Shown: positions 59,581-64,000 of the stretch, piece by piece
Position numbering within the stretch: the first letter of the stretch is position 1
Layout: the number at the start of each line of letters is the position of its first letter
DNA from: Selaginella moellendorffii
Lineage: Eukaryota; Plantae; Lycopodiophyta
NCBI RefSeq assembly: GCF_000143415.4
Contig: NW_003314273.1
Location: 1,126,074 to 1,190,073, forward strand
Length of the DNA: 64,000 nt
Direction: 5' to 3'
Notes under the pieces: model-generated
The model's input: the letters and a program-made list of their open reading frames with translations, nothing else
The model's database searches: none
Told to the model about the DNA's origin: nothing
Program-made: the position numbers and the translations under genes

Positions 59581-61077
59581 GGTCTAATGCAAAGACATGG
59601 GTACTCCACTAGCTAGCGTGGTGTGGAACTTGGGCTTAGATACAAGCCGGATGCAGAACAAGGACAAGCATGCAAGCGGGAGCTAAACTATGCCTCAGGT
59701 CGGTAGGCTATGCCCAACGTACCCACTATCCCTACTATATAGTTAGAACCGCTCAGCCCCCATTGAGGAATACATGCTTTGGACTTTCACCCTAAGCCTC
59801 CCTTAGTACCAGGAGTTAGTCTCTAGGATAAGATTGAAACTTACTAAATATGGAATGTCCTTAGATTGTGAATTTGGACACGGGATAAACAGCATTATGT
59901 TCAAGCCAATCTCTACATTCTGTAGATATGCCAAATGAGCAAATCTAGACACTTTCCATAAATAGCATTTAGGACCGGAATGAGACTAACACAAAGGGCA
60001 TGATAGTAATGACAAACACGAAGGACCAAAGGTGGTGGTGTCACAGCTGTGGACTAGAATGATTACGGTAGCAGCAACCTGTATCCTACAATTGGAAAGA
60101 GAGCAGAGCAAAATGGACCAGAAAAAGCTAAGAAAGAAGCACAAATCTGGCATTTCTTGTGGAAGTAGGGGGAGGCAAGTACTTGGGAATGGATGTGGGC
60201 ACCACTGGAAGAATGGTTCTGAGTGATGCATCTGGGTAGACCTTTGGGAGCCAGTTCATGAGCAACCCCCCTCTCTGTAGGTACTTCCATTGTAGGCCCT
60301 TCTAGATAAAGGCTCTTTGCTGGTTTCGTGCCCATCAAAACCATGTCTAGTTTTTTAGTGTTTTGCTGGAAAATAAAATGCCCCATTTAACAAAGGGCAC
60401 AATAGCGAGGGTGTTAGGTAGACACGGTAAGTTATCATTCGGCGATATTGAGGGATTAGTCTCAATATGCAAGGGTTCTTGTCACTAACCAATACAAGAG
60501 ATAACCAAACAGGAACTCCTTACTGGGCTAAGTATGCTTAACTAATAACACATAGGAATTTCATCCTTATGCTTGTCCGGTCTAAGTACACTCGAAATGC
60601 CCAATTAACTCCACTAACATAAAAAGGACTAATAAAGGGTCTAGCAATACTAACCTCCTGCCATCATGGTAGTAAGGAAAGAGTGTCCGTAAGGACTGAC
60701 CAACAAATAACTTTTGATACTCGAAGTCACATTTGCAACAAATGGTGTGGAGACACCGAATGTGCCAAAGTGTGATGCTTGAGGTCAAGTTGGCGGGTTC
60801 ATGAAAACCCCTTACAAAAGAATCTCAATGGAAATGGGAATTGTTAGGTGCCAGCTTTGACCACATGGTCAACATCACTCAAAGGGAGGCTCAAGGGTAT
60901 ATTAAGGCATGTTAGGGTAGGGACTAAAAACCCTACCCTAGAGCTCACAATGAAGTGGCGGCGCAGTGGAGCTTTTGAGGTGGCTCGGGGGTGGTTGGGT
61001 GGTGAGGAACCTCAAGAGGTGGCGTAGCATAGTCTAAGGTGACTAGATCTTTGTCTTTTTGTGACGGATCATAACAT

Positions 61078-62650
61078 TGGTATTAGAGGAGTTAGTTGCA
61101 ATGGTTGACCAAGTTGAACACTAGAATCCTATTATCGATGGTGGTGCCAACAATGGTGCTGACGAAGCTATGGAGATTTGCACCATTCAAGATGTGGTTC
61201 ATAAGCTACGAGCCCTTAATCAAAATCAGCAAGAGATGCAAAACAAGATGCATGGCATGATGGATACCATGCGTGGGTGTGTTGAGGCACTCGATGTAGC
61301 AGGACAAGAAGAATGGCCAAACTTCTAATCACGGTAAGTCAGATACTAAAAAGTTTCAAACTTTGCAACGTGAGGATGACGAGAACGACCATTCCAGTCG
61401 GAGGAAGAGACTTTCGATTGTTGCTTGTCAGCTCAACTGTGTGTGGAACAAGATGGAGCTTGAGGATACTCGTGAATCAACTTTAATGCTAGAGGGTGTG
61501 TTCCGTGGCGATCCAATGCAGATTTTACTAGATAGTGGGAGCGATGACAACTTTGTTTCAGCAAAATTTGTTGTGGAGCATGGCCTGGTCATATGCAGAG
61601 TTCTTTCATACATGGTGGAAGGTGCAACTACCTCTGCTCAGCATTTCAATGCTTGTGTTGAGGGGCTAGAAGTGTTGGTTGGTAAAACCACACTTGTGGA
61701 GAGTTTTTATTTCGCAAATATCCATTGTGTGGATCTCATTCTTGGGATGCCATGGTTAGTGAAGTTGGATCCAGAAATAAAGTGGAGTATTAAGTGTATC
61801 TCACTGGAGTATGGTGGCATTAAAGATGTGTGGTTTGGTGAGGGTGTTCAGCCACCAGTTGTTATGTTCTCTACTACATCTTTGAAGCGGGCTTGTCGTA
61901 ATGGAAAAGCACTTTCAAGTTACTTATTATTTGTTCGTGACTTGGGGGACCACAGCACGTGTGGGGGAGAAGTAGCAATACAGGATGTACTTGACGAGTT
62001 TTTTGATGTTTTTCCATCTGAACTTCCTCATAGGTTGCTTCCGTTATGAGGTGTGGAGCATGGGATTACATTGGAGCCGAGGACGCAGCCAATTTACCGG
62101 TGTCCATTTCAGTTAAGTTATGTAGAGGAGCAAGAAGTTCAACAACAAGTCAAGGAGTTACTTGAGTTTGGATTTATTCAACCAAGTATGTCTCCGTTTG
62201 GTGCTCCGGTCTTGCTTGTGAAGGACGGTTCAATGCAGATGTGTATTGAATACCGCACTTTGAACAAGAAGATGGTGAAGGATAAGATGCCGATGCCATG
62301 TGTGGATGATATCCTAGACAAACTTGGTGAAGCACGAGTGTTTACCAAGATTAATCTGAGGAGTGGATATCATCAGATTGCAATGGATGGTGCATCTATC
62401 TCCAAGACAACATTCAACACAAGCTTCGGACATTTTGAATTTACAGTTATGCTGTTTGGCTTGACAAATGCACCAGCCACATTTACTCGGCTGATGACAA
62501 TGATATTTGGGCGTTATCTTCATGAGTTTGTGGAGATTTTCCTGGATAATATTCTTGTTTTTAGCAAGAATATAGAAAAGCAAATGTGAGTTTGCAAAGT
62601 CGGAGGTGGAATATCTAGGCCATATTGTGACATCTAAGGGTGTCAAGACG
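61078..62650 (+). mobile_element. Internally deleted Gypsy element: PBS, gag remnant, protease and RT
   Basis: TGGTATTAGAG at 61078, [33 protein letters not shown] and FLDNI. Confidence 0.8.
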
Positions 62651-62747
62651 GTGTAAACAACCAAAGGGAACAACTCGAGAAACGATCCATAGGGGTTTAA
62701 CTATAGAGGGAAAGGGCCCATGAACAAGAGTGCACCCCCTTTTAAAC

Positions 62748-64000
62748 TTAGAGCATCTGCCATGATGTTGTTTGTCCCAGGCTTGTACAGAATCTCGCAA
62801 TCAAACTCAACCAAAGCATTGGCCCACCGACCTTGTTTCCCCTTAAGTCAGGTTGTGACAATAAATGTTTTGTTGCCACATTATCTGTGTAAACTTTGAA
62901 GTGCCTCCCAAGGTAGTGTCGCCACTCCTTGAGCGCCTTAACCACCGCAAATAATTCCTTCTCGTAAGCAGGCCACTTTCGCTGAGCCTTGTCCAACTTC
63001 TTCAAGAAGAATGCCACTTGATGGTTGTCTTGCTTCAAAACTACGCCCAACGCAAAGTCTGAAGCATCCATTTCTACATCAAAGTCCTTACCAAAGTCGG
63101 GTAATGCTAACATGCCACATAGGTGGACAAATGCTGCCTCACATTCTGCTGTCCATACCATCTTCATTTTACCCATTTGGTCCATTAAGGGCAGAGCTAC
63201 TCTTGAATAGTGTTTGATAAACTTTCGGTAGTAGTTGCATAGCCCCAAGAATTTGATGGTCGCTTCCATTCCTGGATCGCTTGGACCTTCTCAAGGTCCA
63301 CCTTGAGTCTGTCCTTGCCCACCACATGCCCGAGAAAATTTACCTCTTCTTGAGCAAAGTCACATTTGCTTTCTTTAGCATACAGCTTGTGTTCCCTTAG
63401 TTTCTCAAACATCTTTGTCAAGTGTTCAGCATGCTCCTCTAGCGTCTTGCTATAAATAAAGATGTCATCAATATAGTGATCCAGATAGGGTACAAAGATG
63501 TGCGCCAAAAATGTTGCCGCTGCATTGCATAGCCCAAAGGGCATCACCAGAAACTTGAAGCTCCCATACCTTGTTCAACAAGTTGTCTTTTCGACATCTT
63601 CCTTTGCTACCCAGATCTGGTAGTATCCTGACCTTATGTCAATCCTCGATAAGTATTTTGCCTTTCCCAACCTATTAAACAGGTCCTCAATCCTTGGCAA
63701 AGGGTACTTGTTCTTCTTTGTATACTTGTTAAACAACCGATAGTCTATGCACATGCACATAGATCCATCTTTCCTTTGCACAAATAACACCAATGCCCCG
63801 TACGGCGACTTGCTCAACCTAACATACCCTTTGTCCACCAACTCTTCTAGTTGGCACCTGAGCTCCTCGAGTTCCTTTTCATTCAAACGATAGAGGGGAC
63901 AAACCACCGCCTTAGCACCCTCGACCAGCTCAATCTTGTGGTCTATCGGTCATGCGGGGGGCAACCTTGCTGGTACCTCCTCTGGCATGGTATCCTAGAA
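62748..64000 (-). mobile_element. Family-B pol fragment (RT-RNase H), runs off the window
   Basis: Close inverted homolog of 21440-22760, with frameshifts. A Cassandra LTR stub adjoins it at 62652-62745. Confidence 0.88.

Noticed and set aside
60010-60390. Possible second host-gene fragment
   Set aside because: No motif I can recognise in any frame.

Overview
Transposon-dense plant nuclear DNA. The 45-60 bp GT-AG introns and the retroelement types suggest a seed-free vascular plant such as Selaginella (inference). The standout is a 14.0 kb DNA transposon at 829-14852 with 24-bp TIRs and a 4-bp TSD (ACTA). It carries a Sola1-like DDD transposase (+) and a divergent multi-exon cargo gene (-). 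The cargo reads as a ParB/DndB-like domain, a degenerate beta-class DNA methyltransferase-like domain, micro-exon and acidic linkers, and an FCP1/NIF-type HAD phosphatase. About 30 copies of a 22-bp palindrome (ATGGCRTGWGGCCWCAYGCCAT) are spread over the whole element and I saw none outside it. Many sit one per micro-intron of the cargo gene, suggesting a self-recognition system like parS/ParB or VANDAL/VANC. The other 49 kb is nested, mostly decayed Ty3/Gypsy material: a chromovirus with two spliceosomal introns in its integrase, a Tcn1/Tf-like chromovirus, an Athila/Tat-like element, solo LTRs and 5S-bearing Cassandra-type TRIMs. It also holds a 3' pseudogene fragment of a GT31 hydroxyproline galactosyltransferase. 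I found no intact host gene. Domain calls come from motif reading by eye, not from searches.
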